Source of the DNA: a virus
Virus record (IMG/VR): IMGVR_UViG_3300005058_000082
Coordinates: 1-46,152 of that record
Direction: 5' to 3' (one strand)
Length of the DNA: 46,152 nt
This document shows, piece after piece, positions 1 through 10,440 of this stretch. A model generated the notes under the pieces. The model saw only the letters and a list, made by a program, of their open reading frames with translations. It searched no databases and was not told where the DNA came from. The stretch's first letter is position 1, and every line of letters begins with the position of its first letter. The translations under genes and the position numbers were made by a program.

Positions 1-1104
1 CGGCGGTTCGGCTGGACCAACCCGGTGCTCGTCGCACCCGACGGCGAGATTGTCGCCGGTGAAGCGCGCTGGCGTGCGGCGGTGCAGCTCGGCCTGCCAG
101 AGCTGCCCGTGATCGTGATTGACACGCTTTCGCCGGCTGAAACCGAGGCGTACCGGCTGGCAGACAACCAGCTTGCCCTGCGGGCAACCTGGGACGAGGC
201 GATGCTGACGGAGGTCCTCGGCGACCTGGCGCGGCTCGAAGTTGACCTCGAGGTCCTGGGCTTCGCGGAACGCGAGCTAGCGCGTCTCCTGAAGGACGTC
301 AGCGCTGCCGCGCAGGCCGATGCCGCAGAAGAGCTGCCGCCGGTAGCCGTCACCGTCCTCGGTGATGTTTGGCAGCTCGGGCCGCATCGACTGATCTGTG
401 GCGACAGCACGGATCCAGCCGTGCTCGATCGCCTACTCGGTGGTCGGCAGGCGCGGATGATCGCGGGCGAGGGTCGCGCCGACGTCGATCTGATCATGAC
501 GGATCCGCCCTATGGCATGTCCTACAAGGGCAAGGTCCATGGCGGCATTCTCGGTGATGATCGCCGCGGAGAGGCGCTCGTGGCCTTGATCGGCGGCGCG
601 CTTGGCAATGCCAGGGATCACGCGCGCCCAGGCGCCGCGATCTATGTGTGCCTGACGTGGCGTACCTATGGCGAGTTCGTGCTGGCCCTGAAGGGTCTCG
701 GCATCGAACTGAACGCCTGCATCGTGTGGGACAAGGGGTCGATCGGGCCCGGCACGCTCCACTACCGGCCGCAGCATGAGTTCATCTTCTACTCTGCGGG
801 CGACCAGTGGTTTGGGGGTGCCGGAGAGTCGGATGTCTGGACATTGTCGCGGGGCGACGTCGGCAGCTACGTGCATCCGACGCAGAAGCCTGTCGCCCTC
901 CTCGAGCGCGCGATCCGCAACAGCTCTCGTGCCGGCGAGACGGTGCTCGATGTATTTGGCGGGTCGGGCTCAACTCTGATCGCCTGCGATCGAACGGGCC
1001 GCCTGGCCCGCTTGGTTGAGCTAGACCCGCGATATTGCGACGCGATCGTGAAGCGCTGGGAAGGGGTGGCCGGCCGGCGTGCGCTGAAGCTTAAAGCGGA
1101 CTAG
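1..1104 (+). CDS. ParB-N domain + DNA N6A/N4C methyltransferase (5' end cut off by window edge)
   Basis: Frame is open from base 1 (RRFGWTNPVLV...IVAGEAR...YRLADN, ParB-like); MTase motifs TDPPY, HPTQKP and VLDVFGGSGST; lies just before the terminase genes. Confidence 0.9.
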   Translation, partial: RRFGWTNPVLVAPDGEIVAGEARWRAAVQLGLPELPVIVIDTLSPAETEAYRLADNQLALRATWDEAMLTEVLGDLARLEVDLEVLGFAERELARLLKDVSAAAQADAAEELPPVAVTVLGDVWQLGPHRLICGDSTDPAVLDRLLGGRQARMIAGEGRADVDLIMTDPPYGMSYKGKVHGGILGDDRRGEALVALIGGALGNARDHARPGAAIYVCLTWRTYGEFVLALKGLGIELNACIVWDKGSIGPGTLHYRPQHEFIFYSAGDQWFGGAGESDVWTLSRGDVGSYVHPTQKPVALLERAIRNSSRAGETVLDVFGGSGSTLIACDRTGRLARLVELDPRYCDAIVKRWEGVAGRRALKLKAD

Positions 1105-1307
1105 CCAGCCGTCGCCTGGCGCGATGCGTCCGGCAGGCAAATCAGCACGATCAGGGCGGGTGGGCAGAGGAGGCAGGCGATACCCCAGCGCCAGCCGGAG
1201 CGGTCTTTGATGCGGGCGAGGAAGACGCCTGCGCCAATGAACAGGATGAAGGCCTCGAGCCCAGTCATGTCTCACACATGGCCTGGTGCGGGCAGGTTTG
1301 CAAGTCC

Positions 1308-1886
1308 ATGGACCAGCCGAATTCTGATCGGGTGACGGTGAGCCAAGCGGCTCGCGTGCTCGGCCTCAACAAATCGAGTGTCAGCCGCCAAGTCGGCAAG
1401 CTCGGGATCGACCGGGACGATCAAGGCCGGTTTTCACTGGCCGCCTATCGAGCCGCGCGCGGCGCTGATCTCAATCCGTTGATGCGCCGCCAACCGGCCG
1501 CGCCTGCAGAGTCAACACCGACCGATGGGCGACCTGCGTCCGACATCGCCGACGAGAGTGACGCTCCACCGGAGCCAGCGCGTCGGCCAGGGCTCGTCTC
1601 GGCACAGACGGCTCACAAGGCACTTCAAGCCAAGCGCCTCGAGCTGGAAATCGCGAAGGAGGAAGGCCGTCTCGTGGAACGCGTCGAAGTTCGTTCGGCG
1701 GTCATGACCGCTTCCCGTCTGTTGCGCGACGCGATGCTGGGATTGCCCTCGCGTCTCGCAGGCGACCTCGCGGGGATGACCGACGCGGTCGAGATCCGCG
1801 ACCTGCTCGATCGCCACATCCGGGATCACCTCGCGACGCTGACGGAATCGCTCAAGCCTCTGACCGAGCAGCCGCACGTCGCATGA
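1308..1886 (+). CDS. terS: terminase small subunit
   Basis: N-terminal HTH (VSQAARVLGLNKSSVSR), LELEIAKEEGRLV coiled coil, overlaps terL start; alternative start at 1278. Confidence 0.8.
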   Translation: MDQPNSDRVTVSQAARVLGLNKSSVSRQVGKLGIDRDDQGRFSLAAYRAARGADLNPLMRRQPAAPAESTPTDGRPASDIADESDAPPEPARRPGLVSAQTAHKALQAKRLELEIAKEEGRLVERVEVRSAVMTASRLLRDAMLGLPSRLAGDLAGMTDAVEIRDLLDRHIRDHLATLTESLKPLTEQPHVA

Positions 1887-3934
1887 GCTACCTGCGCCGG
1901 ACCGACGCGCGCGTGGTCTTCGAATCGATGGTCACCGGGCTTGCGCCGGATCCGCTTGTCACCGTCGATCAATGGGCCGAAGAGGCACGGTTTGTCGCGG
2001 CCGAGGGCTCCCCACATCCAGGCAAGTGGCGCACCGAGCTCGTGCCATACGCCGCCGAGATCATGCACGAACTGTCGCTCTCCCGGCCGTGCCGCGAAGT
2101 CATTCTGAAGAAGTCGGCGCAGGTGGCGGGGACCGAGATCGGTATCAACGCCTTCGGCACGATCGCTTGCCGAACTCCGGCCGCCATCATGATCGTGCTG
2201 CCGACAGACGACGATGTCTTCCGGTACGTGCGCACCAAGCTGGAGCCGACCATCGAGGCGACGCCCGAGCTGCGGGAGAAGGTGGCGACGCAGAAAAGCC
2301 GCGATGAGAAGGGCTCGACCACCACGATGAAGAAGTTTCCCGGGGGCTTCTGCTTGCTCACCGGAGCAAATTCCTCATCCGGCCTGCAGATGGTGTCGGT
2401 GCGGGCGCTCCTCCTCGAAGAGGTGAGCGAGTATCCGTTCGACGTCGACGGTCGCGGTGATCCGGTTGATCTCGCGCTCAAGCGCACCACGGCCTACACC
2501 GAGATGCGCAAGGTGTTCTGGAACTCGACGCCGGCGCTGAAGGGAATGTGCCGGATCAGCGCAAAGTATGACGATAGCGACCAGCGTCGCTACTTCGTGC
2601 CATGCCCGCATTGCGGCGTGTATCAGATCCTCAAATTCGAGCGCCTCGAATGGCGCTCTGACATCAAGCCACATGGCGCGCACTTCGTATGCCTGGCTCA
2701 CGGCTGTGTCATCGAGGCCCATCACAAGCGGCGCATCGTGGCCGCGGGATGGTGGCTGAAGACCTACGCGGGTCAAGATTCACCGGGAGAGCTCGTCGAG
2801 CCGCTGGACCTCGAAATGCACCGTGCCCGGCCTAGCCGCGGGCGTGAGCCCGGCTTCGCCATCTGGCAGGCCTATTCGCCCTTCGTGCCTTGGGACGACA
2901 CCGTTGCCGAGTATCTCGCGAGCCGCGGCAATCCGATCAAGGAAAAGGCGTTCTCGCAGCAGGCGCTCGGCGAGCCCTATGAGGAGAAGGGCGACAGCCC
3001 CGACTACCTCAAGCTGTTCGCTCGCCGTGAGGACTGGAAGCTCGGCCAGCTGCCACCCGGCGTGCTGTTCCTCACCGGCGCCGCCGACGTGCAGGCGGGT
3101 CGGATCGAATGGGCGGTCTGGGGCTGGGGCATCGGCAAGTCGAGCTGGCTGGTAGACAAGGGCGTGGTCGAGGGCGACACCTCGGATCTCGCGGTCTATC
3201 AGGGCCTCGGCGAGGTGCTGACGCGGACCTACGAGACGCCGCACGGCCGCCGGCTCGGCATCGAGGCCTTCGCGATCGACACCGGCTACAACACGCAAAC
3301 CGTCTATGCTTGGGTGCGCCGCCAGGGGCCGCGGGTGATGGCGGTCGACGGCCGCCCGGGGCACCTCACGGCCGCGCTTGGCACCCCACGCACCCAGGAG
3401 GTCACCTGGAAGGGCGAGCGGCTGAAGCGCGGCGTGCTGCTCTGGCCAGTCGGCACCTGGTCGCTGAAGGCCGAGTTCTACGCGAACCTTCAGAAGACGA
3501 TCGCGGGACCCGACCCGTTCGGCAATTGCGCGCCAGGCTATGTGCACTTCCCGGCCGACGGCGTCGACGAGGCGTATCTGCAGCAGTGCACCGCCGAGTA
3601 TCTCGAGACGCGCGAGACGCGGAACGGGGTGCAGGTGCGGGCCTGGATGCTGCCACGGGGCGTGCGCAATGAAGCGCTCGACATCCGGGTCTATGCCACG
3701 GCCGCTGCGGTGCATCTCGGCATGGAGCGCTGGACGCCGGCGGACTGGCTGAAGATCGCCGGCGAGCGGGGCAGCGCGCCCGAAGAGGCGCAGATGCAGC
3801 TCGCGCTCTGGCAGGGCGTGCTCAAGCGCGACGCGGGCGCGGAAGCGAAGTCGGTCGCCCTCGAGCAGATCGCGCGTATCGGACGGCCGGTGCCGCAGCG
3901 CCGGCGCGGAATCCGGGGAGGGGTGGAGGCCTAA
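1883..3934 (+). CDS. terL: terminase large subunit, lambda GpA family
   Basis: KSAQVAGTE Walker A variant, LLLEEV Walker B, STP motif, SDQRRYFVPCPHCG, AIDTG, RNEALD nuclease motif. Confidence 0.95.
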   Translation: MSYLRRTDARVVFESMVTGLAPDPLVTVDQWAEEARFVAAEGSPHPGKWRTELVPYAAEIMHELSLSRPCREVILKKSAQVAGTEIGINAFGTIACRTPAAIMIVLPTDDDVFRYVRTKLEPTIEATPELREKVATQKSRDEKGSTTTMKKFPGGFCLLTGANSSSGLQMVSVRALLLEEVSEYPFDVDGRGDPVDLALKRTTAYTEMRKVFWNSTPALKGMCRISAKYDDSDQRRYFVPCPHCGVYQILKFERLEWRSDIKPHGAHFVCLAHGCVIEAHHKRRIVAAGWWLKTYAGQDSPGELVEPLDLEMHRARPSRGREPGFAIWQAYSPFVPWDDTVAEYLASRGNPIKEKAFSQQALGEPYEEKGDSPDYLKLFARREDWKLGQLPPGVLFLTGAADVQAGRIEWAVWGWGIGKSSWLVDKGVVEGDTSDLAVYQGLGEVLTRTYETPHGRRLGIEAFAIDTGYNTQTVYAWVRRQGPRVMAVDGRPGHLTAALGTPRTQEVTWKGERLKRGVLLWPVGTWSLKAEFYANLQKTIAGPDPFGNCAPGYVHFPADGVDEAYLQQCTAEYLETRETRNGVQVRAWMLPRGVRNEALDIRVYATAAAVHLGMERWTPADWLKIAGERGSAPEEAQMQLALWQGVLKRDAGAEAKSVALEQIARIGRPVPQRRRGIRGGVEA

Positions 3935-3936
3935 TC

Positions 3937-4146
3937 ATGGCGGAGACCTACGCGGCCCAGCTCGATCGGGTGCAGAGCGCGATCAAGGCGATTGAAGAGC
4001 GGGGCCAAGCCTATGAGATCGAGGGGCGGCGCATGACGCGGGGTGACCTCAAGACGCTCTATGACCGGGAGCGCGAGCTCCGCCGGCAAGTTGCCCGCGA
4101 AGAGCGCGGCGGCGCGCGAGTCAGCACGCTGGCGCCCCGCGAATGA
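3937..4146 (+). CDS. head-tail joining protein (gpW-like)
   Basis: 69 aa between terL and portal; GQAYEIEGRRMTRGDL pattern. Confidence 0.75.
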   Translation: MAETYAAQLDRVQSAIKAIEERGQAYEIEGRRMTRGDLKTLYDRERELRRQVAREERGGARVSTLAPRE

Positions 4147-5765
4147 CCACCCGATTGCTGCCGGCGGTGCCGGCCAACACGCTCGATCGCGCAATCGGCT
4201 GGCTGTCGCCTGGCTGGGCGGTGAAGCGTCAGCGAGACCGCACCATCATGGCGATGTCCGGCGCCTATTCAGGCGCGCGCTCCGACCGCACCTCGATGCA
4301 GGGCTGGTACGCCTCGCACGGGTCGGCGAACGCCGACCTGATGCCCGACCTCGATCTGCTCCGGCGCCGCTCGCGCGACCTCGAGCGGAACGCGCCGATC
4401 GCGAGCGGGGCCATCTCAACGGGTACCACCAATGTGGTCGGCACCGGACTCGTAATGATGCCGCGGCTCGATCGCGAGGTCCTGGGCCTCAGTGACGAGG
4501 CCGCCGATCGATGGGAACGGAGCGCTGATCGGCTTTGGAGGCTGTGGGCCGAAAGCCCGGAATGCGACCTGTCCCGCACCCAGACCTTCGCCGGCATCCA
4601 GTCGCTCTCATTCCGCTCGACACTGGTGAACGGTGACATATTCGTGGTGCTGCGCTTTGTGAAGCGCAATGGCTCGCCGTTCGGCCTCAAGCTTCAATTG
4701 ATCGAGGCCGATCGTGTCTCGAATCCGCGCGGTGTGCCCGACGGCACAATGCTGTCGGGCGGCGTCGAGCTCGACACCGACGGCGCGCCGGCGGCCTACC
4801 ACATGACCAATCGCCATCCGGGCGATTTCGGACCGTTCGGCCTCGTCTGGAACCGGGTGCCCGCCTTCGCCCCGTCATCCGGCCGACGCGCGGTCCTCCA
4901 TCTCTTCGAGCGGCGCCGGGTGGGGCAGGCGAGGGGCGTGCCCTATCTCGCGCCGGTGATCGAAACGCTCCGGCAGATGACCCGCTACACCGACGCCGAG
5001 ATCATGGCTGCGGTGGTGAACTCCTGCTTTGCGATCACCACGAAGACCGAGGACGGCAACGGCCTCGGCATGGTGTCGAGCGACAAGACCGACGCGAAGG
5101 GCGATCAGATCCGGCTCGTCGACCCGGGCCAGATCGTCGATCTCGGCCTGAACGAGATGGTTGATGGCTTCACGCCCGGCCGGCCGAATGCGCAGTTCGA
5201 TCCGTTCATGCTGGCCGTGCTGCGCCAGGTCGGCGTCGCGCTCGAGCTGCCGTTCGAGGTGCTGGTCAAACACTTCACCGCCTCCTATTCGGCGGCGCGC
5301 GCCGCGCTCCTCGAGGCGTGGAAGTTCTTCCGGGTGCGCCGTGCCTGGCTCACTACCGCGCTGTGCCAGGAGGTCTATGAGGCGTTCCTGATCGAGGCGG
5401 TCGCGCGCGACATGATCGATGCGCCGGGGTTCTTCGACGATCCGCTGATCCGCAAGGCATGGTCGGGCGCCGAATGGGTCGGGCCGGGCCCCGGGCAGAT
5501 CAACGAGCTGGATGAGACCAGCGCCGCCGAGAAGCGGATCCAGATTGGGCTCACCACGCTCGAGGAGGAGACCGCGCGCATCACCGGCGGCGATTGGGAG
5601 AAGAAGCACGCCCAGCGGGCGAAGGAGCATCGGCTCCGCGTCGAGGCCGGGCTCGAGCCCGCGGTGCTCGCTCCGGTGAATGCCGGCGCGGCGGCGCAGC
5701 GGCCACCCGACAAGTCCGGTCCAGCGTCGGCGCCCGATGAACCCGAACAGGAGGACGCGGCATGA
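4143..5765 (+). CDS. portal protein, lambda family
   Basis: LRRRSRDLERN, LQLIEADR, GQARGVP and SYSAARAALLE motifs; position. Confidence 0.95.
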   Translation: MTTRLLPAVPANTLDRAIGWLSPGWAVKRQRDRTIMAMSGAYSGARSDRTSMQGWYASHGSANADLMPDLDLLRRRSRDLERNAPIASGAISTGTTNVVGTGLVMMPRLDREVLGLSDEAADRWERSADRLWRLWAESPECDLSRTQTFAGIQSLSFRSTLVNGDIFVVLRFVKRNGSPFGLKLQLIEADRVSNPRGVPDGTMLSGGVELDTDGAPAAYHMTNRHPGDFGPFGLVWNRVPAFAPSSGRRAVLHLFERRRVGQARGVPYLAPVIETLRQMTRYTDAEIMAAVVNSCFAITTKTEDGNGLGMVSSDKTDAKGDQIRLVDPGQIVDLGLNEMVDGFTPGRPNAQFDPFMLAVLRQVGVALELPFEVLVKHFTASYSAARAALLEAWKFFRVRRAWLTTALCQEVYEAFLIEAVARDMIDAPGFFDDPLIRKAWSGAEWVGPGPGQINELDETSAAEKRIQIGLTTLEEETARITGGDWEKKHAQRAKEHRLRVEAGLEPAVLAPVNAGAAAQRPPDKSGPASAPDEPEQEDAA

Positions 5766-7270
5766 ACCTGCTCACGGCAATCGCTGGCGAGCTTTGGGCA
5801 ATCACGCCCAGCGGTCTTCAGGCTCTCATCCGTCTCGCAGACCGTGCGCCTACCGGCTCGGAGGCGTTCGCGCTGCACGGGCATCAAACCGCACAGGCCT
5901 GGCAGCAGCACGCCAGGGCGAAGCTCGAAGGCGATCCGGCCCTGCACCGCTGGCTCGCTGGATTGGCCCATCCGCAAGAGCCCGAGGCCCTCGCGCGCCG
6001 CGTGGGGCGTCCACTCGAGGGCACGCGTCGCGCCTCGATCCGTGATGGCGTGGCGCTGGTGCCGATTGCCGGGCCGATCTTTCCCAAGGCCAATCTGATG
6101 ACCGAGCTGTCGGGCGCGACCGCGCTCAGTGTCTTTGCTACGGATCTGCAGGCGGCCGTAGATAGCGCTGAGGTGAAGGCGATCGTCCTCGATGTCGACT
6201 CACCCGGCGGCGCAGTCTCGGGCATGGCGGAGGCCGCCGGCATCGTCCGCTCGCTCCGCGGCTCCTCCAAGCCGATCGTTGCGTTCGCGCAGGGCATGAT
6301 GGCGTCCGGCGCCTATTGGCTCTCGGTCGGCACGGACGAAATCGTGGTGTCGCCGGAAACGCTGGTCGGTTCGATCGGCGTCGTCACCGTCGGCGCATAT
6401 CAGGAAATCGCGGACCTCGACGGCATGCGCCTGGTCGAGATCACCTCGAGCAACGCGCCGAACAAGCGCCCCGATGTCCGCACGCCAGACGGCGTCGCCG
6501 AGATCCGGCGCACGCTCGACGGCGTCGAGGCGGTGTTTCTGCGCGATGTTGCCGAAGGACGCGGCGTCTCGGTCGAGCGCGTCATCAGCGACTTCGGCCA
6601 GGGCGGGATCAAGGTCGGCGAGGCCGCGGTGGCCGCCGGCATGGCGGATCGTATCGGATCGCTCGAGGAGGTCATGGCCGAGCTCTCGGGCGGCACGTGG
6701 AAGCGCAAGCCCCGGTCCTCGGCCCCGGCGGCACAATCGAAGGAGCAAACGATGGTGAAGAACGACGGTGTGGTGTCGCCCGGGACCGCAGCGGTGCTGG
6801 CATCGCATTTCGCAGAGGGTCATTCCGCGGCCGGCACGCCGCTTAACATGGAGACGCTGAAGGCCAGGCATCCGGACCTCGCCGCGGCGCTGATCGCCGA
6901 GGGTGCTACCGCTGAGCGTGCGCGCCTCCTCGGCATCGAGGAGCGCGCTGCAGGCCTGCACGGCGCCGCCGAGCTGGTGGCGACGATGAAGGCCGATGGC
7001 AAGACGACGCCCGCCGAGGCAGCCGACAGGCTGCTCGCGGCCGAGAAGGCGAAGAAGGCGAAGGTGGCGGCGGACCTCGAGGCGAGCGACCCGAAGACCC
7101 CGGCGCAGGCGCCGGCGCCGAGCGGCGACACGCCAGCCGTGGTGAAAGACCCGCGTGCACTCGCCCGCGCGATCGAGGCGCTGCAGGACAGCGAGGCCAA
7201 GGCGGGCCGGCTGATCTCGACCGCGGAGGCGGCCCGGCGAATCCGTTCCGGCGAGGCAGTCGCGGCCTGA
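5762..7270 (+). CDS. S49 head maturation protease with C-terminal scaffold region (lambda C/Nu3-like)
   Basis: LDVDSPGG, MASGAYWL, VGSIGV and GMADRIG motifs; Ala/Lys-rich C-terminus. Confidence 0.9.
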   Translation: MNLLTAIAGELWAITPSGLQALIRLADRAPTGSEAFALHGHQTAQAWQQHARAKLEGDPALHRWLAGLAHPQEPEALARRVGRPLEGTRRASIRDGVALVPIAGPIFPKANLMTELSGATALSVFATDLQAAVDSAEVKAIVLDVDSPGGAVSGMAEAAGIVRSLRGSSKPIVAFAQGMMASGAYWLSVGTDEIVVSPETLVGSIGVVTVGAYQEIADLDGMRLVEITSSNAPNKRPDVRTPDGVAEIRRTLDGVEAVFLRDVAEGRGVSVERVISDFGQGGIKVGEAAVAAGMADRIGSLEEVMAELSGGTWKRKPRSSAPAAQSKEQTMVKNDGVVSPGTAAVLASHFAEGHSAAGTPLNMETLKARHPDLAAALIAEGATAERARLLGIEERAAGLHGAAELVATMKADGKTTPAEAADRLLAAEKAKKAKVAADLEASDPKTPAQAPAPSGDTPAVVKDPRALARAIEALQDSEAKAGRLISTAEAARRIRSGEAVAA

Positions 7271-7292
7271 TCGTTTCAAACCGGCAATCAAC

Positions 7293-7321
7293 GGGGCGGC
7301 CTAGGGCCGCCCTTTTCTTTT
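7293..7321 (+). terminator. intrinsic terminator-like hairpin
   Basis: gggcggcc-tag-ggccgccc followed by ttttctttt. Confidence 0.6.
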
Positions 7322-7334
7322 GCGGAGGGACTGA

Positions 7335-7715
7335 ATGGCAAATCTCGGACTGACCAAGAATCTGAAGGCGACCGGTGCCATCGCGGAGCGGCGCTTCGTC
7401 AAGTTCGGCTCGAACGACGGCGAGGTGGTGCAGGCGGCGGCGGCGACCGATTCGATCATCGGTGTCTGCGTGCAGCCTGGTGGCGCGGCCTCGGGCGACC
7501 GCTGCGACGTGCAGCTCGGCGGCATCGCGGAGGTGGAGTTCGGCGGCTCGGTGACCCGCGGTGGCCCGGTCACCTCGGATGGCAGCGGCAAGGCGGTGGC
7601 CGCGGCGCCCGCGCAGGGCGTCAACAACCGTCTCGGCGGAATCGCGATGAACAGTCAGGCCTCCGCGGACTTCGGCGACGTGCTTCTCGCGCCGAGCGTG
7701 ATGCAAGGCGCCTGA
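7335..7715 (+). CDS. capsid decoration/cement protein (DUF2190-like)
   Basis: GGAGG RBS; Gly/Ala-rich VTSDGSGKAVAA; directly upstream of capsid gene. Confidence 0.75.
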   Translation: MANLGLTKNLKATGAIAERRFVKFGSNDGEVVQAAAATDSIIGVCVQPGGAASGDRCDVQLGGIAEVEFGGSVTRGGPVTSDGSGKAVAAAPAQGVNNRLGGIAMNSQASADFGDVLLAPSVMQGA

Positions 7716-7744
7716 TCGGCAACTGAACAGAGGAAGACACCACA

Positions 7745-8689
7745 ATGTCCAAGGCACCGTTTCCCGTCGATCCCTACCTCACCGGCATCGCGCTCGCCTA
7801 CAAGAACCGCGCGCTCATCGCCGATGCGGTCCTGCCCCGCATGGAGCCGCCCTACACGAAGGAGACGTTCAAGTACTCCAAGTGGACGCTCGCGGAGGGC
7901 TTCACCCTTCCCGACACCAAGGTGGGGCGGAAGAGCGCGCCCTCCGAAGTCGAGTTCACCGCGACCGAGGTCCCCGATTCCACGCAGGACTACGGCCTCG
8001 ACGACATCGTGCCGTTCACCGACGAGATGAACGCTTCGCCCTCTCTCGACCCGGGCGGGCGCGCCACGGAGGGTCTCACCGACCTGATCCTGCTCGACCG
8101 CGAGAAGCGGGTCGCTGACCTGGTGTTCAACAACAACACCTATCCGTCAGGCAACAAAGCGACGCTCTCCGGCAACTCGCAGTGGTCGGACTTCACCAAT
8201 TCCGACCCGATCGCGGCGATCACCACGGCGCTCGATGTGCCGATCATCCGCCCGAACACGATGGTGATCGGGCGCGCCGCGTATTCGGTGCTTGCGCGTC
8301 ACCCGAAGATCGTGGCGGCTGTTGCCGGCATGACCACGACCGCCGGCGCAGGCATCGCGCGGCGCGGCCAGATTGCCGAGCTGTTCGAGCTCGAGGAGGT
8401 GCTGGTCGGCGAGTCCTTCGTCAACACCGCGAAGAAGGGCCAGACCGCGACCATGGCGCGGATCTGGGGCAAGAACTGCGCGCTGCTCTATCGCGACCGC
8501 CTGGCGGCTGGCTCCACGGGGCGGGTCACGTTCGGCTGGACGGCGCAGTTCGGCACCCGCGTCGCCGGCCAGATGGAGGAGCCCAAGATCGGCCTGCGCG
8601 GCTCGAGCCGCTATCGGGTGGGCGAGTCGGTCAAGGAGGTGATCGCCGCGAACGACGTCGCCTACTACTTCGACGCGGCCGTGGCCTAA
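7745..8689 (+). CDS. major capsid protein
   Basis: 314 aa; DPYLTGIALAY...LDREKRVA...PNTMVIG pattern of gpE-like capsids; position. Confidence 0.85.
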   Translation: MSKAPFPVDPYLTGIALAYKNRALIADAVLPRMEPPYTKETFKYSKWTLAEGFTLPDTKVGRKSAPSEVEFTATEVPDSTQDYGLDDIVPFTDEMNASPSLDPGGRATEGLTDLILLDREKRVADLVFNNNTYPSGNKATLSGNSQWSDFTNSDPIAAITTALDVPIIRPNTMVIGRAAYSVLARHPKIVAAVAGMTTTAGAGIARRGQIAELFELEEVLVGESFVNTAKKGQTATMARIWGKNCALLYRDRLAAGSTGRVTFGWTAQFGTRVAGQMEEPKIGLRGSSRYRVGESVKEVIAANDVAYYFDAAVA

Positions 8690-8720
8690 CCGGTAGAGCA
8701 ACGGGACACAGGAGAACGCC

Positions 8721-8957
8721 ATGGCACGCTACCGCTGTCTGTCTCCGATCGATCACGACAACAAGCGCTACGAGGAGGGACAGGACATCCCGCTCTCGGG
8801 CGAAACTGCCGCGGGGCTGCTCGCCCGCGGTCTGGTCGAGGAGGTCAAGGGCCGCGCCAAGTCCGAGGACACCAAGACCTCTGAGGGCAAGGAAGCCGAT
8901 CAGGGAAAGGGCGGCGGCGCCGACCCTGGTGGCGACGCTGGTAAGACCCAGGGCTGA
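8721..8957 (+). CDS. small head-associated hypothetical protein
   Basis: AGGAG RBS; IDHDNKRYEEGQDI...LLARGLVE, a type often found after capsid genes. Confidence 0.6.
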   Translation: MARYRCLSPIDHDNKRYEEGQDIPLSGETAAGLLARGLVEEVKGRAKSEDTKTSEGKEADQGKGGGADPGGDAGKTQG

Positions 8958-8965
8958 GCCAGCCC

Positions 8966-9295
8966 ATGCTCGGCGTCGAGAGCGCGGCCGATCTCGCGGC
9001 TTACTTCGATGCGTCGGAGTTCGCCGCGACCGCGATCTATCGGGAAGGCGGGAAAGGGGAGGAGGCCACGGTCACCGTGCTCCTCTCCCAGCCCGACCAG
9101 GTCGGCGCTCTCGATCAGCTGCGCGTCAAGCGCGAGACCACGACGCTCATCGTTCGGGTGTCGGAGGTGCCGCGCCTCGAGGCGAACGACAGCTTCGACA
9201 TCGTGGAGAGCGGTGAGCGCTTCATCGTGCAGGGCACGCCGCTGCGCGACATGACGCGCCTTATCTGGTCGGTGGACGTTAGGCGCGCCCGCTGA
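8966..9295 (+). CDS. head-tail joining/closure protein (gpFII-like)
   Basis: Size, position and beta-rich sequence. Confidence 0.65.
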   Translation: MLGVESAADLAAYFDASEFAATAIYREGGKGEEATVTVLLSQPDQVGALDQLRVKRETTTLIVRVSEVPRLEANDSFDIVESGERFIVQGTPLRDMTRLIWSVDVRRAR

Positions 9296-9978
9296 TGCTC
9301 CGGGTCCGCATCGACGGCGACCTGCGGAAGGCGATGCGCGAGGAGGCGAACCAGCTTCGCCTCGACGCGGAGCAGGCGATCGTCCGGGTGGCGACGTCGG
9401 TGCGCAACGAACTGCGGGCCCAGGCGCTGTCGGCCCGCCTCGGGCGCGGCGTGTCGAATGCCTGGCGCATGCGGCTCTATCGCAATCGTGGCGGGCCTGC
9501 GGCCCTCGTCTACAGCCGGGCGCCCAACATCGTCGCCGCCTTCGACGAGGGGGCGACGATCCGGGCCAAAAGCGGGCGCTATCTCGCGATCGCCACGGGC
9601 TTCAACCGGGTGGGTGGCCGCCGCGGTGCGGCGCTGCTGATTACGCCCGAGGAGATGGCGCGAACCCGGGGCACCTTCGTGCAGACCTCGAAGGGTGGCA
9701 CGAAGCTCTGGTTCCTGCCGATCCAGCGGGCGTCGCGCGTCAGCCAAAAGACCGGCTTCAAGCGGACCGGCGTGGTCGACGCCTTCATCACGGTCGGCGG
9801 CCAGCAGCAGCGGCGCGCGCTTTCAGCCCAGCGTCGCAAGCTCGCTGTCAAATACGGCGCGATCCCGATGTTCGTGCTCAAGCGCCAAGTGAAACTCGGC
9901 AAGCGGCTCAATGTCGAGCTGGCGGCCGAGCGCGCCGCGCAGCTTCTCGAGGCCGAGATGGCGCGGGAGCCGGCATGA
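9295..9978 (+). CDS. tail completion/neck protein (DUF6441-like)
   Basis: Basic; AALVYSRAPNIVAAFDEGATIR...YLAI pattern; TGATG coupling. Confidence 0.65.
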   Translation: MLRVRIDGDLRKAMREEANQLRLDAEQAIVRVATSVRNELRAQALSARLGRGVSNAWRMRLYRNRGGPAALVYSRAPNIVAAFDEGATIRAKSGRYLAIATGFNRVGGRRGAALLITPEEMARTRGTFVQTSKGGTKLWFLPIQRASRVSQKTGFKRTGVVDAFITVGGQQQRRALSAQRRKLAVKYGAIPMFVLKRQVKLGKRLNVELAAERAAQLLEAEMAREPA

Positions 9979-10409
9979 GCACCAAGCGCGAGCTCGTGCT
10001 CGCCGCGCTGTTCGCGCGCCTGCAGACGATCTCCGGCCCGACCGTGCTGCGCAGCGCCGACAAACCGGAAGAGATCCCGGAGAACGGCCTCGTCGTGATG
10101 TACGACGGGGCGATGGGCGAGCCGGTCGAGACCTATCTCTCGCCGCTCACCTACCTCTACGACCATGAGGTGCCGGTCGAGCTGATCGTGGCGGCCGAGA
10201 CCTTCGAGCTGCGCACAGCCGCGCTCGAAGCGCTGCTGGCCGCGCTCGGCACCGTATTGGCGGCCGACCGGACGCTCGGCGGCCTCTGCGACGAGGTGCG
10301 CGAGACCGAGCCCGAGGTCGACGCCCTCAGCGAAGAGGGCGCCGAGACCGAGCACGGCGCCGTAGTGCGGATCATCTGCGAGTACGCGACCAGCAGCCCG
10401 CTGGCGTAG
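9975..10409 (+). CDS. tail terminator protein (gpU-like)
   Basis: Acidic; LAADRTLGGLCD motif; immediately before tail tube. Confidence 0.7.
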   Translation: MSTKRELVLAALFARLQTISGPTVLRSADKPEEIPENGLVVMYDGAMGEPVETYLSPLTYLYDHEVPVELIVAAETFELRTAALEALLAALGTVLAADRTLGGLCDEVRETEPEVDALSEEGAETEHGAVVRIICEYATSSPLA

Positions 10410-10440
10410 GCGCGCCTTAAACACATCAGGAGGTCTAGCG

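Noticed and set aside
1105..1307. cos site upstream of terS
   Set aside because: Plausible position for a GpA-type phage, but no recognisable cosN symmetry or R repeats
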